From the NCBI RefSeq assembly GCF_009914755.1, contig NC_060928.1: a stretch of DNA of 64,000 nucleotides; one strand, given 5' to 3'. Numbering within the stretch: position 1 is the stretch's first letter; every line of letters starts with the position of its first letter. This stretch comes from the human T2T-CHM13v2.0 reference genome, Homo sapiens. The notes below the pieces were generated by a model, which made no database searches, had not been told where the DNA came from, and saw only the letters and a list, made by a program, of their open reading frames with translations. Positions 51,151 to 64,000 of the stretch are shown here, piece by piece. The translations under genes were made by a program, and so were the position numbers.

Positions 51151-53926
51151 TTTATTTTTTTTATTAAATTTTAACTACTGGGATACATGTACAGAACGTG
51201 CAGGTTTGTTACATAGGTATACACATGCCATGGTGGTTTGCTACACCTGTCAACCTGTCACCTACATTAGGTATTTCTCCTAATGCTATCCCTCCCCTAG
51301 CCCCCCACCCCATGACAGGCCTCAGTGTGTGATGTTCCCCTCCCTGTGCCCATGTGTTCTCATTGTTCAACTCCCACTTATGAGTGAGAACATGTGGTGT
51401 TTGGTTTTCTGTTCCTGTGTTAGTTTGCTGAGAATGATGGTTTCCAGCTTCATCCATGTCCATACAAACAACATGAACTCATCCTTTGTTATGGCTGCAT
51501 ATTATTCCGTGGTGTATATATGCCACATTTTCTTTATCCAGTCTATCATTGATGGGCATTTGAGTTAGTTCCAAGTCGTTGCTATTGTGAACAGTGCCGC
51601 AATAAACATATGTGTGCATGTGTCTTTATAGTAGAAAGATTTATAATCCTTTGGGTATATACCCAGTAATGGAATTGCTGGGTCAAATGGTATTTCTGGT
51701 TCTAGATCCTTGAGGAATTGCCACATTGTCTTCCACAAAGGTTGAACTAACTTACACTCCCACCAATAGTATGAAAGTTTGCTATTTCTCCACATCCTCC
51801 CCAGCATCTGTTGTTTCCTGATTTTTTAATGATCGCCATTCTAACTGGCATGAGATGGTATCTCTTTGTGGTTTTGATTTGCATTTCTTTAATGACCAGT
51901 GATGATGAGTTTTTTTCATATATTTGTTGGCTGCATAAATGTGTTCTTTTGAGAAGTGTCTGTTCATATCCTTCACCCACTTTTTGATGGGGTTGTTTAT
52001 TTTTTTACTTGTAAATTTGTTTAAGTTCTTTGTAGATTCTGGACATTAGCCCTTTGTCAGAAGGGTAGATTGCAAAAATTTTTTCCCGTTCTGTAGGTTG
52101 CCTATTCCCTCTGATGATAGTTTCTTTTGCTGCACAGAAGCTCTTTAGTTTAATTAGATCCCATTTGTCAATTTTGGCTTTTGTTGCCATTGCTTTTGGT
52201 GTTTTAGTCATGAAGTCTTTGCCCATGCCTACGTCCCGAATGGTTTTGCCTAGGTTTTCTTCTAGGGTTTTTATGATTTTAGATCTTACATTTAAGTCTT
52301 TAATCCATCTTGAGTTAATTTTTGTATAAGGTGTAAGGAAGGGGTCCAGTTTCAGTTTTCTTCATATGGCTAGCCAGTTTTCCCATCACAATTTATTAAA
52401 TAGGGAATCCTTTCCCCATTGCTTGTTTTTGTCAGGTTTGTCAAACAACAGATTGTTGTAGATGTGTGACATTATTTCTGAGGCCTCTGTTCTGTTTCTT
52501 TGGTCTATATCTCTGTTTTGGTACCAGTACCATGCTGTTTTGGTTACTGTAGACTTGTAGTATAGTTTGAAGTCAGGTAGCATAATGCCTCCAGCTTTAT
52601 TCTCTTTTCTTTGGATTGTCATGGCTATACAGGCTCTTTTTTGGTTCCATATGAAATTTAGAGTATTTTTTTCTAATTCTGTGAAGAAAGTCAATGGTAG
52701 CTTGATGGGGATAGCATTGAATCTATAAATTACTTTGGGCAGTATGGCCATTTTCACGATATTGATTCTTCCTATCCATGAGCATGGAATGTTTTTCCAT
52801 TTGTTTGTGTCCTCTCTTATTTCATTGAGCAGTGGCTTGTAGTTATCCTTGAAGAGGTTCTTTACATCCCTTGTAAGTTGGATTCCTAGGTATTTTATTC
52901 TCTTTGTAGCAATTGTGAATGCGAGTTCACTCATGATTTGGCTTTCTGTTTTTTTATTATTGGTGTATAGAAATGCTTGTGATTTTTGCACATTGATTTT
53001 GTATCCTGAGACTGCTGAAGTTGCTTATCAGCTTAAGGAGATTTTGCACTGAGATGATGGGGTTTTCGAAAAATACAATCATGACATCCACAAACAGAGA
53101 CAATTTGACTTCCTCTCTTCCTATTTGGATACCTTTATTTCTTTCTCTTGCCTGACTGCCCTGGCCAGAACTTCCAATACTATGTTGAATAGGAGTGGTA
53201 AGGGAAGGCATACTTGTCTTGTGCCAGTGTTCAAAGGGAATGCTTTCAGCTTTTGCCAATTCAGTATGATATTGGGTGTGGGTTTGTCATAAATAGCTCT
53301 TATTATTTTGAGATATGTTCCATCAATACCTAGTTTATTGAGAGTTTTTAGTATGAAGGGGTATTGAATTTTATCGAAGGCCTTTTCTGCATCCATTGAG
53401 ATAATCACATGGTTTTTGTCACTGGTTCTGTTTATGTGATGGATTACATTTATTTATTTGTGTGTGTTGAACCAGCCTTGCATCCTAGGGATGAAGCTGA
53501 CTTCATCATGGTGAATAAGCTTTTTAATGTGTTGCTGGATTTGGTTTGCCAGTATTTTTTTTGCATCAATGTTCATCAGAGATAATGGCCTGAAATTTTC
53601 TTTTTTTTGTTGTGTCTCTGCCAGGTTTTGGTATCAGAATGATGCTGGCCTCATAAAATGAGTTAGGGAGGAGTCCATCTTTCTCTATTGTTTGGAATAG
53701 TTTCAGAAGGAATGGTACCAAGTCCTCTTTGTTCCTCTGGTAGAATTCGGCTGTGAATCCATCTGGTCCTAGGCATTTTTTGGTTGGTAGCCTATTAATT
53801 ACTGCCTCAATTTCAGAACTTGTAATTGTTTTATTCAGGGATTCGACTTCTTCCTGGTTTAGTCTTGGGAGACTGTATGTATCCAGGAATTTATCAATTT
53901 CTTCTAGATTTTCTAGTTTATTTGCA
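51151..53926 (-). mobile_element. 5'-truncated L1PA (about L1PA7-8), 2.8 kb
   Basis: ORF2 fragments [49 protein letters not shown] plus 3' UTR; candidate TSD taa(ct/cc)agttt. Confidence 0.95.
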
Positions 53927-54285
53927 CCAGTAACCAGTTTTTCTACTTCTAAAAAGCTATTTTAAGAATCCTCTAGTGAAAAGCTGAAATTCACTTTTGA
54001 CCAATTTTCTTCTATTATGGTGGTTAAAATAAGAAATGTTATGGTGGAGACTCTTACTTACCCACCTCCACTTCCATAATCTTTAGCTGAGTACGTGGCT
54101 GCCTGCAAACAGAGACTACACTACACAGCCTCTCTTGCAGCTAGTTGCAACATCAAATAAAAGTTCTGGTCATGGGATTCAATAGAAATATTATAAGACA
54201 TCTTCTGGGAAATCTTAAATAGTTGATGCAGATCTTCTACCTCCTCTCCTCTCTTTCCAACCTCCCTGAAAGTGAAACCTGGAGC

Positions 54286-55586
54286 CACAGTCAGCTTCAT
54301 GACAGTTAAGCAGTATGATCACACCGAACCCTATGCTTAGAAGGGATCCATACTTGATTTATTGCTCCACTGTAGGCTTCTTGAAACTTTTAATAATTTT
54401 CTTTCAACTTGTGTTTTGTAAGTGAAGTCCTCTGGGACAACGGAGCATGTGCTCGAGCAGAAGAGATACATGCAACATGTGTTTCAGACATCCCTCACTT
54501 CCTCATATATAGCATTCTGGGTGCCTCATGAGGTCAGAATTACAGTGGATAATGTGTGAGAGTTTCTCAAGAGACAAAGTGAGTACAGAGTAAACATGTT
54601 ATATTATGTTCAATTGAATAAGCAGGAAATACTGTTAGTTTCAGAAGGCCACAGTATCTAAGGAAAAAATTAGCTCAAATCCAGGGAGAAGTAAATAGCA
54701 TTCTAAGAGACAAAAAGGACTAAAGAGTCCTATCATGTCCTTTTCTACTTGTGTTACTTCTCTGTATCATTAGTCAACCACTTTGCTGAAAATCATCGTT
54801 CTTCCTCCTTTCAGTCTTTCCTGATTCATTAGTAAGCTAAATGTAGAGAATATTATTAGATCGTGTGCATATAAAAATGAAATAAAAACATTTGAGTCAG
54901 TTTCATGTAGTGTTTCCACTGCTCTGCATATCTGAACTATGAAATATGAATCATGTAATTTTGGTGAGTTAAACATATGAATTAAATGTTTTTTATATTT
55001 GCACTTAAAACTACCATCATAAGTGTAAACAGGGAATGGCAAAATTTATGCTAATAACTTAACATTTTAACTTTTCTTTACATAGAAGAACATTAAGAGC
55101 AAAGACAAACAAGCAAACAAAAAAACATTCTAACAAGCTAAGAAAAAATCTGGCTGAGGATGGTGGCTCACACCTGTAATCTTAGCATTTTGTGAGGTGG
55201 AGTGCGTGGATCACTTGAGTTTAGCAGTTTGAGACCAGCCTGGGCAACACAGTGAAATCCCCTCTCTATGAAAAATACAAAAATTAGCCGGGGCATACCT
55301 GTACTCCTACCTACTTGTGAGGCTGAGGTGGGAGGATCGCTTGAGCATGGGTGGTTGAGGCTGCAGTGAGACGTGACTGCAGCACTGCACTCCAACCTGG
55401 GTGACAAAGCAAGATCCTTTGTAAAAAGAAAAAAGAAAAGAATAGAAAAGATAAGGAAAAAATCTTCAGAAAGAGAAGTAGCTTTATATCTTAGTACGTT
55501 TAAATCCATCCTTTTCTTGATTTTTTAAAGAGGAGTGCAGTATTTTCATTTTACACTGCACTCTGAAAAGTAAAGTGCTGGCCCTG
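54286..55586 (+). mobile_element. MER45-family hAT-Tip100 DNA transposon containing an AluJ
   Basis: Ends cacagtcagcttcatg..cttagaaggg..cttgaaacttttaataa and ttttcattttacactg..gctggccctg match MER45 termini; degraded 8-bp TSD cctggagc / catggaag. Confidence 0.7.
55152..55452 (+). mobile_element. AluJ
   Basis: ggatcacttgag, cagcctgggcaac and ggaggatcgcttgagc are J diagnostics; TSD gaaaaaatct. Confidence 0.9.
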
Positions 55587-57344
55587 CATGGAAGGGATGA
55601 CTAGAACTCATCCTTAGTTCATGAGACTGAGGGCCAGACCTTAAAAACGGCAGAAAGGAAAGCTGGAAATACGCTGGGTCCCGTATGACTGCCAAGAATT
55701 ATAAGCCAGCCATGAGCTGTTCACATCCAGATTTCTCAGAATGAAAAATAAACTTCCATCATGCTTAACTAGCCATTTAGGGAAGGTTCTGTTATTCACA
55801 GCCCCACCTAATCCTAACTCATACAAGCTTGGAATTGGAGAAAAGGAATTTTAAAAGGAGCAGATTTCACTGTCATGCATTTTTCATTACAGACACTACC
55901 CTAAGGACACAAAAAGATATTATTTAACAGAAAAATGGTCACAGAAATAAGTGACCATATTCATGATGAGTCTCATGTGACTCACTGATCTGTTGGTCAT
56001 TTGTTTATTTCTTGATTTACAAAATCTAAATGGCCCTAGACAAAGAGATTTGCTTGAATGTATATTCTCTAATTTCAGTACATTTGTATTGGCTCCTTTT
56101 TTTTTTCAGAGACATATAGTTTCTGTACTATTTGAATATATTCAAAACATAGGAAAAGTCATTACAAAAATAGAGTGACACCTAAGGTATTGCCCTTAGT
56201 GTTAAAAAAAATTGTCTAGTGTGGAGACAGGCAGGAGAACACCTAATAACACATGCGAAGCAGAATGGAATAGTTTTTAATCTAGTGATGCAACAACATG
56301 CCTTAGGAATAATTGCTTACAAACAAAGAAATCTAGGAAATTATGTAGGTCAGTTGCATTAAAGCTGAGAATTATTAAGATCAATGTGATAGCACAAGAA
56401 AAGGAAAAATAAATAGAATTTTCAGACTAAGTGAAATGATATATAGACGTGATATTCAACAACAAGGGCAAGTCTGGTCATATTTATGCAGGTGTATTTA
56501 TTCTGATTTATATAAGCAATGTTTTCTATACACCCACTACAATAGGTTACTAATTGACCTTAGTATAGAAAGTAGGGGAGTTTGGAAATTGGAATATTTG
56601 GAAAAGGTAAAATATCTGCCTAGGAATAGAAGTGAATATAATAAGCTAAACATTTCAGATGTTATTTTGGTCATAAAGAAATGATCATTAAAATGCAATA
56701 AATAACAATACTAAACAAGGTGGAGAGGCTCTGCAGTAGTGTCCTCTCCTGATCCTTTAAAGAAAGGCTATGATCAATAAGGTTAAAGATAACTCTCAAG
56801 AGTTATTGAAAATAGATTAAGGGAAAAACGGGAAGGATTTAAATCAATTAGGCATGTATGGATATGAAATGAAATGACAGTGAGTTAGCTTACATTGCAA
56901 AGGAAATAAAATTGTGAGAATTTAAAATAACAGAATATATTTTAAAATAAATGTAAGTTTAGGAGAGTAAGTATATTAATGTATTGATTATGAAATTCTC
57001 TCTCCTGAAATATGCTTTAAATCCTACCTTAAACTGAGTGATCAAAATTGTTCTCTAAAGAAATAAATCATCAGTTGGTGAATAATGAGTTAGCTTGCAG
57101 GATTAATTTATTTTTCCTTAGGATAATTCTTCATAGATGTATTTATTTTCTCAGCTAAAAGTGGATTGCCAAATATGAAATATAGATACAAGTGTATGTT
57201 TGTAAATTGGCTTTATTTTGCCATTAAGCTAATGTTAATATTTGTGCTCTATGAATCAGTCAAAATACAAATTAATTCACTTCTGAAAAGTTAATAAGTA
57301 GACTCAATGTTTACTTTTACAGTAAATATGTGAGTGAAGAGGGC

Positions 57345-57515
57345 AAATAGTAACATTTGTTGAGTTCCTAGTATGTGCCTATGGTCACACTTCATGTGTA
57401 TTATCTCTTTTATTCTCACAAAAGCACCGTGGAGGTATACAGTATCATTGTTTAATAAGCCAAAAAATGGTACCTCAGTAAAGGGAGCTAAGTGCCCAAG
57501 ATCACATAGCTAGGA
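57345..57515 (-). mobile_element. MIR
   Basis: taacatttgttgagttcctagtatgtgcc..attctcacaa..gaggta..tgcccaagatcacatagctag. Confidence 0.7.
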
Positions 57516-59777
57516 AAAAATAATTAAATCTGCTATCTTTATAGTAGACAGAGGGGCTGTAGAAGTACAAGGAGGAGCTCTAGAAGCACACAGCCATCGA
57601 AGCAGAGTGAGCAGCACTAATCGTCTGTGAAAGAGTTTGTGATGTCTTTCATGGATAAATTTTGTGAGGATTAAAAAGTTCTTGATATTTCATCTACAAC
57701 TTTAATCAAGTTTCAATATGCACTACTGACCCTAGCCACCAGTAAGTTCCACATGAAGCCAGTGGAAAAAGAGAGCATAAAGACAGATGGAGTCCTTGGA
57801 TCCATGCACAACTATTGCCTTATATTCTTTTATATGATCCTTGTAAAAATAGGTCAGCTTAGCTGTCTTACTCAGATGAAAATGTAATAACTATTTACAC
57901 AATTCATCACTTAAAGAATCTAAATTTAATTTCCGGCTTGGACTTCTGTCTGTAAGAAAAATATGAAAGAAACAGCATACATTATTTACCTCTTGAGAAT
58001 GACAAGTTATAAAGTAAGATATTTGATATAGGAAGACTAGACATTTCTATAGTTCGTTGTTCCAGTCACTACAGCTGTCATTGGCGTCAGTATAGATTGA
58101 TTTGACAACATGACCAATCTTGCCTATTTATCAATCAACTTGTTTTGAAAAGGTCATAAAAATCACTCAGTTTGTCACTATGTCGCTAGGTATGGAAACA
58201 TTAATTCTCTTATATAGTTAAAATTTTCTTTAATTGACCTTTAAAGGATGACTAGTTTTGGAAATTCGTGGCTATAATTTCGACTTTTTTTGAAGGGGAG
58301 AGAATATTAGAATTAGGGGTTTCACTATGAAGTCTTAAATTATTTAAGGCATCATTCATTGATAACATGTTATGGTGGATTTTGAGGGCTCCTTCCCTTT
58401 CAGAGGCCCTTTTCTATCTCTTGCTTACTGAAATTTCGGTGTTTAAGTTTTGTCCTTTCCTTTACTATGGTATAAACTTTTATCCTATAAAAATAGTCTT
58501 TGACTGTTGAGATACACACCAATGTAAGTTACTATGTTAGAAATCGCCCCTTTGGAAGAGCCAGCTGAGGTCCGGGTGTACTGGTAGTGAGTAGTTTGAC
58601 AAACAGGTGAAAAGAACATTTAGAACTTAAGTAAAATTTTAAAAAGTAGAGAAGTAAGAGGTACAGAGTTTTTTGGAATAATATTAAAGGTAGAATTTGT
58701 CCGTTTTACAATATTCACAGCATTTCTGCCTTCTTTTAAGAATATAAATCTGTGTAGGCATTCATATTTTGTCTTTTATTTTATTTTAAGAAAGTTAATA
58801 GCCTAAATATTTAGAAGAACTGACAAATGTATGTACACAAATGGGATTATAATCAAGTGTTTCTGAAGGAAATATGTTTTTCTCATGCATAGGCATGTTT
58901 ATTGTGGTAAACACATATATTAGCAGTTCTATGTATGTGTATGTTTTAAACATTAGCATAGGCTTACCTAAAAAGAAGAAAAATAAACTTTGTTTATATA
59001 ATGGAGTTGAAAGTGAAAAAATTAAGAATTGTTGTTGGAATTGGGGAATCACCATAGCTGTGGTTAGTCATAATCATCATGTTCTATTATAAGAAAAGCA
59101 AAAAATAAACCAACTAACAGAAAAGATTAAACATAAAAACAGGTGAAAATATAGTTAATTTTCTTATTTAATGTAACTGTCCCTTAAATTTTTATTTTCT
59201 ATGATATTTACTTAAGTTTCTATATTAATATTTTTGCCTGAAGTATGGGATATATTATATATAAAATGGATTTGTTTTATATTTTGCAAAAAACAAGGAA
59301 TCTCAATTTGAGTTTCTTTTCCTTGCCTTGTCTAGATGAACATAAATGTAAGTTTAGGAGAATAAATGTGTAAACATGGAATTATATTATAGGATGTTAG
59401 CTGCATTAGTGTCATTCTTTAACTTTAAACAAAAGAAAAAAACAAAAACTGCAGATTGCCATTTATTTTATTCTAGTTAATTTAAACTAAATAGTTTTAA
59501 AATATCTTGTATTTTAATAGTATTGAAATGTCTGAATACAAATGTCACAAAGAAATGAGACTGTTAATTTCATTTCTGGCCATTTGGCTGACTAGTTTAC
59601 TTAGAGTCTTCTAGTTTCTGAATTAAAGAAAATGCTGATCCTGGTTCATATTAAATGTTATCTTTTATCATGTATTTACTCATCAATTTATTGCACAAAT
59701 AGGTGCCAGGGACAAGGTATTAAAATTGTGATTAATCAAAGATAATTTATTTAAAATATATAATGCATTGTCTTCCA

Positions 59778-59868
59778 TGTACTAATATTATGCTATTCAT
59801 TTTTGTACTAATTTATGTACTAATATTATGTACTAATATCATTATGTGCTAATTATGTACTAATATAC
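59778..59868. repeat. Degenerate AT-rich minisatellite, unit about tgtactaatatta
   Basis: About six imperfect copies of tgtactaat. Confidence 0.8.
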
Positions 59869-61700
59869 AATTGCTGTTACTATTACTATATTACCAAAAG
59901 AAGTTAATACTGTTGTTATTACCTAGCCTCAATACTTAAGCATTTTAAAGTCCAGTGGCCATGGTCTCATGCAAAATATAGGAGTATTTTACTTGTTGAG
60001 GAGTTCTTGTAGTAGTAGTTCTCTTTTTGAGTGTAAAATAAAATCTTCTTTCCCATAATTTGTTAACAAATCTTTTCTTCTCTATTCTTGTCCCTTTTAG
60101 GACAATTCAGAGTATTTCCTTACACATAGAACACATTTTAATATTTGAAAACAGTTCTTCACTCATTTAAATGTTAATCTGGCTTTTTGTGAAATAGGAA
60201 TTTAAAGTCAATTTCACTGAGAACATTGAGGACTTTTTTTTTGCCTTTTAAGAGTCATGCTCATTATTGGATTAATCAAAAGGTAAAAAGACAGATAATG
60301 ACCAAAATTTATTGATATCTCACTATGGGCTAGGCACAATTCTATTATGTGTTTCATGACACGTTTTTGTTCACAAATCCCAGCTCATCTCTCTGTCATG
60401 CTTTTTAATAACCCTTCTGATAAACTACATAGGGAGGGAGACATATTTTGCCACGGTGGTTTCAAGTGTCTCTCTGTACCTGGGGCTAGGTAGCTACTTA
60501 GGACACTGTTCTGCTTCTCCAGCTTTCAAACTAGAACTCACACTACTTTCAGTTTCAGCTTACAAACCTGTTTAGCCAATTCTCCATCGGCAGAGTGCCC
60601 TGGCTGACCTAAGTGCCACTCCCAAGCCACCATTTAAAGAGTTCCTGAGGCTCCTTTTCTTGTGTGTACTCATGATGAAATTAGAGTTCCCAAGAATCAC
60701 TCTTATCTGCGCAGCACTTTTCACCATTCTTTGTGACTGGCTGTTACTTTTATTGACTACAAATCTGATTCATTCTCTCTGTTTCTTTTTCTCCCTCAAG
60801 AATTATTCTTGCTATCAATGGAGTTACTCATTCTACAATTGTCTTTGATAGTATATACTATGCTTTTAAGTAGAAAACAAAGTTGATGTTGATACACCAA
60901 TATTCGGTTCCTTATCTCAAGGTCATCTTAAAGCAAAAATTAAGGTCATAGAGGTTACTCAAGGTTCTCTATAGGACTAGAGTTTTAAAGTTCTGTTCTT
61001 TATTTGCCCTTGGTTTTATATAGTCTTAATCGTTACTTCTAACTCTTTCAAAATTCATTTTATATCTAGCAAATAGTTAAGAGGAATTAGCAAGATTTAA
61101 GCAGCTATAACTATTTATTCTTATATATTCATATAGTATTTTTCACAACATTTTACCTAGTAAGGGAAGATATTATTTTGAGTATGGTTAATTCTAATAT
61201 GACCTTAAATAGAGGTTAAGTCTCTTTACCAATTTGTTATATGATTAATTTTTAACAGATTAAAATTAGAAAATTATTATATAGTCCCTTAATTTTAATC
61301 TCAAATCAATGATTCACTTGGGGCTCCAGTGTAGGGCCTTAGAAGCTGCTGCCATTCCTGACACCCCCTTGTTTTCGATGCTGCCTGTAGCCTTATGAGC
61401 ATATTTTCATTTTATTCTCAGGATCGGCACATTGCTTTGCAGACATGAGTCTCTCTATAAATGCAGGATAAAGAATAGATGATACATAAAAAAAAAAAAG
61501 GAAAAAAGAAAGAAAAAAATTATAGGAAAACCACTCAAAGAAACCTCACTAACCAAAGTGATATTCCTGTATTTTTAAATGATTTTTAAACCAGAGAAAC
61601 CTCTAATATTCACACAAATAAATTTGTGCAACTGCAAGATTGACCAGTTTATTATCAAGTGGCATGATCCCATATATATGAAAGTTACTTCAAGTTTTCA

Positions 61701-62185
<485 letters not shown>

Positions 62186-63789
62186 TTATACATCTTTGGA
62201 ATTTGTATGAGAACTAACTTTAATTAAAAGCACAGTCACATGTTTCCTTATTTACTCAGAAACACTAACATTCCTTTTAAAACAACAATAGTATCCTTAC
62301 CCAGACAATGATTATTAGTCATGATGGTGACCTTGGGTACTCAGCCAACTAGAGACATTCTTACCTGGCACAATTAACTAAATGAATGAAAGGAAGGATG
62401 ACGAAGGTCAAATCAGGTATTATTTTTGGTAACTCTTTCTTGCTTAGTCCACAGTATATGTAGAAGCTTTTTGTGGCCCCCAAATAGGAAGATTAGGCAG
62501 TCAAAGTGTGAAATTGACAAATGTGTGCAGTTCAAAATTAAACTGAACTTTTTTTACCAGGAGCCTTATTTATATCTCCAAAATTTGATCAGAATTGAGG
62601 GTAAATGAAGAGAAGAAATTTATAAATAACTTTTAAGTCTGATTTTCCTAGTTTTATTATAATCTCTGTCTGTAGCCTGAAGTTACATTTTATGAACTGA
62701 AAACATTTATTGCTTGTAAAGCTGGTTGTCAAGTTGTAAGAGTGATAGAAAATTACAGATAAGTTATACAATTTTAATTAAAATGTCATAAAATATATAG
62801 TTTTGCATGGCTTCTAGACTTACATATATCAGACATTTCACCTAAAATTAGAAAAAAAATCACTGTTCTAGTCACAAGGCAACTCAATTGTACACAGACA
62901 GAGTGAACTGAATCTAAGTCATAAGCTTTTATCTATCATGCAGAATTTTGTTTCCTTTCAAAATTTAACTGTATAAATGCTGAATTTAATTTCATAATAA
63001 GAAATAAGTCAAAGTTTCTGACTGAAAAACAAGAGTTACAAAACAAAATATGGCAAATGGGGAAATTTCTCCTTTTTACATCCCCCTTGCTTCAGCATAT
63101 TTTATCTTACTCTCAGCATTAATGATACACTGTTTTTTGGTCCTATTTTTTGAATTATTGATTTTTCTCCCTTTTTGCTGACTATTGCACTTTTATCAGT
63201 GTCAAAAGTCAAAATTACAACAAATTTAATTATAGACTTAACTGGCTTTTATTTGCAATTCATAAATCAGGGCAGCTTTCATTCTACAAAACAGAATGAG
63301 AGCTCCATTGAACAATGGCAGAATGGTGGATTTTGTAAGAAACAAGAAAACAGAACAATAGGAAAAAAGCTGTCTAACATCAGGATACTTCCAGTGACTT
63401 TTTGTAAGGGTTAATGCAGGAGGAACTTTCTAACTATGCTGACTAAGGTAGAAGTTGATCTGACTCAGAAAAAGCTGGTCTGTTTTGGAATGATTTGCTT
63501 CCTTAAAGTTTCAGTTTGATTATGTGGCATATAGCATAAGCAGCTCCATTTTGGTTTGTTTTGTTTTGTTGGGGCCTCGTGCAGGAGCTTAGCCCCAAAC
63601 AATAGCCTCCCATAATTTTTGTTTAACATCAGAGTACTGGCAAAGTGAAGCAAAATTAATACCACCAAAATCCATGTTTGTTAGGCAGATGTACTAAACG
63701 ATATAACAAAATATTTGGGAACATTTGGGTAAAATAATGTTAACAAATCTAATGTAGAGATATGTGTTAAGATAGAAACAAAGAACTCT

Positions 63790-64000
63790 GGAATCGCTGA
63801 CTTGAATCTGAATCCTAATTCTACATCTTCCTGACATGCGAATTTGGGCACATTGTGTTTCTTCTCCAAACTTCTGCTTCTTCATAGGGACAGTGAGAGT
63901 AACATTTTCTAACAATGTCATCATTTGGGAATCTCATCAAGTACTATATACAAAGAAAGTCCTTAGAGTGTTATGAAATAAACCCCCACTGGCTTTTAGA
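63790..64000 (+). mobile_element. MIR fragment(s)
   Basis: ctctggaatc..ttgaatctgaatccta..ttgggca..cttctgcttcttcat. Confidence 0.45.

Larger units (their letters stand above)
54040..55825 (+). mobile_element. Ancient MLT1-type LTR in two halves (about 54040-54285 and 55587-55825), split by MER45
   Basis: Left half gactacactacacagcctctcttgcagctag..aagttctggtcatgggat; right half aataaacttc..ctgttattcacagcc..aatcctaactcataca. Confidence 0.6.

Noticed and set aside
60390-60880. Possible ancient LTR or regulatory element with raised GC
   Set aside because: I could not identify termini, a TSD or a family, so there is too little evidence to annotate it.

Overview
AT-rich primate genomic DNA, probably human or another ape given AluY, L1PA and LTR12C. 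It is dominated by interspersed repeats, and I found no supportable host protein-coding exon, RNA gene or CRISPR array. The ORFs that I could recognise are transposon relics (Tigger1 transposase, L1 ORF2, HERV-L gag/pol/dUTPase) or Alu/LTR read-throughs. The main structure is a near full-length, decayed HERV-L provirus on the minus strand (32562-40237) with two MLT2A2-type LTRs and a perfect 5-bp TSD; its gag is interrupted by an AluSp and a solo LTR8. Other nested structures are a CpG-rich LTR12C inside an LTR27/28/MER52-like LTR inside L2, a THE1 solo LTR inside a Tigger-type MITE, an MSTA LTR inside a MIR, and an AluJ inside MER45 inside MLT1. Regulatory candidates are DUX4-type motifs in the THE1 and MLT2A LTRs, a p53-like site in a MER61-like LTR, NF-Y boxes in LTR12C, and a PBX/MEIS motif cluster in apparently unique sequence. 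I did not find a convincingly new biological system; the best hypothesis is a co-oriented cluster of LTR promoters. Subfamily names come from remembered consensus features and need RepeatMasker/Dfam confirmation.
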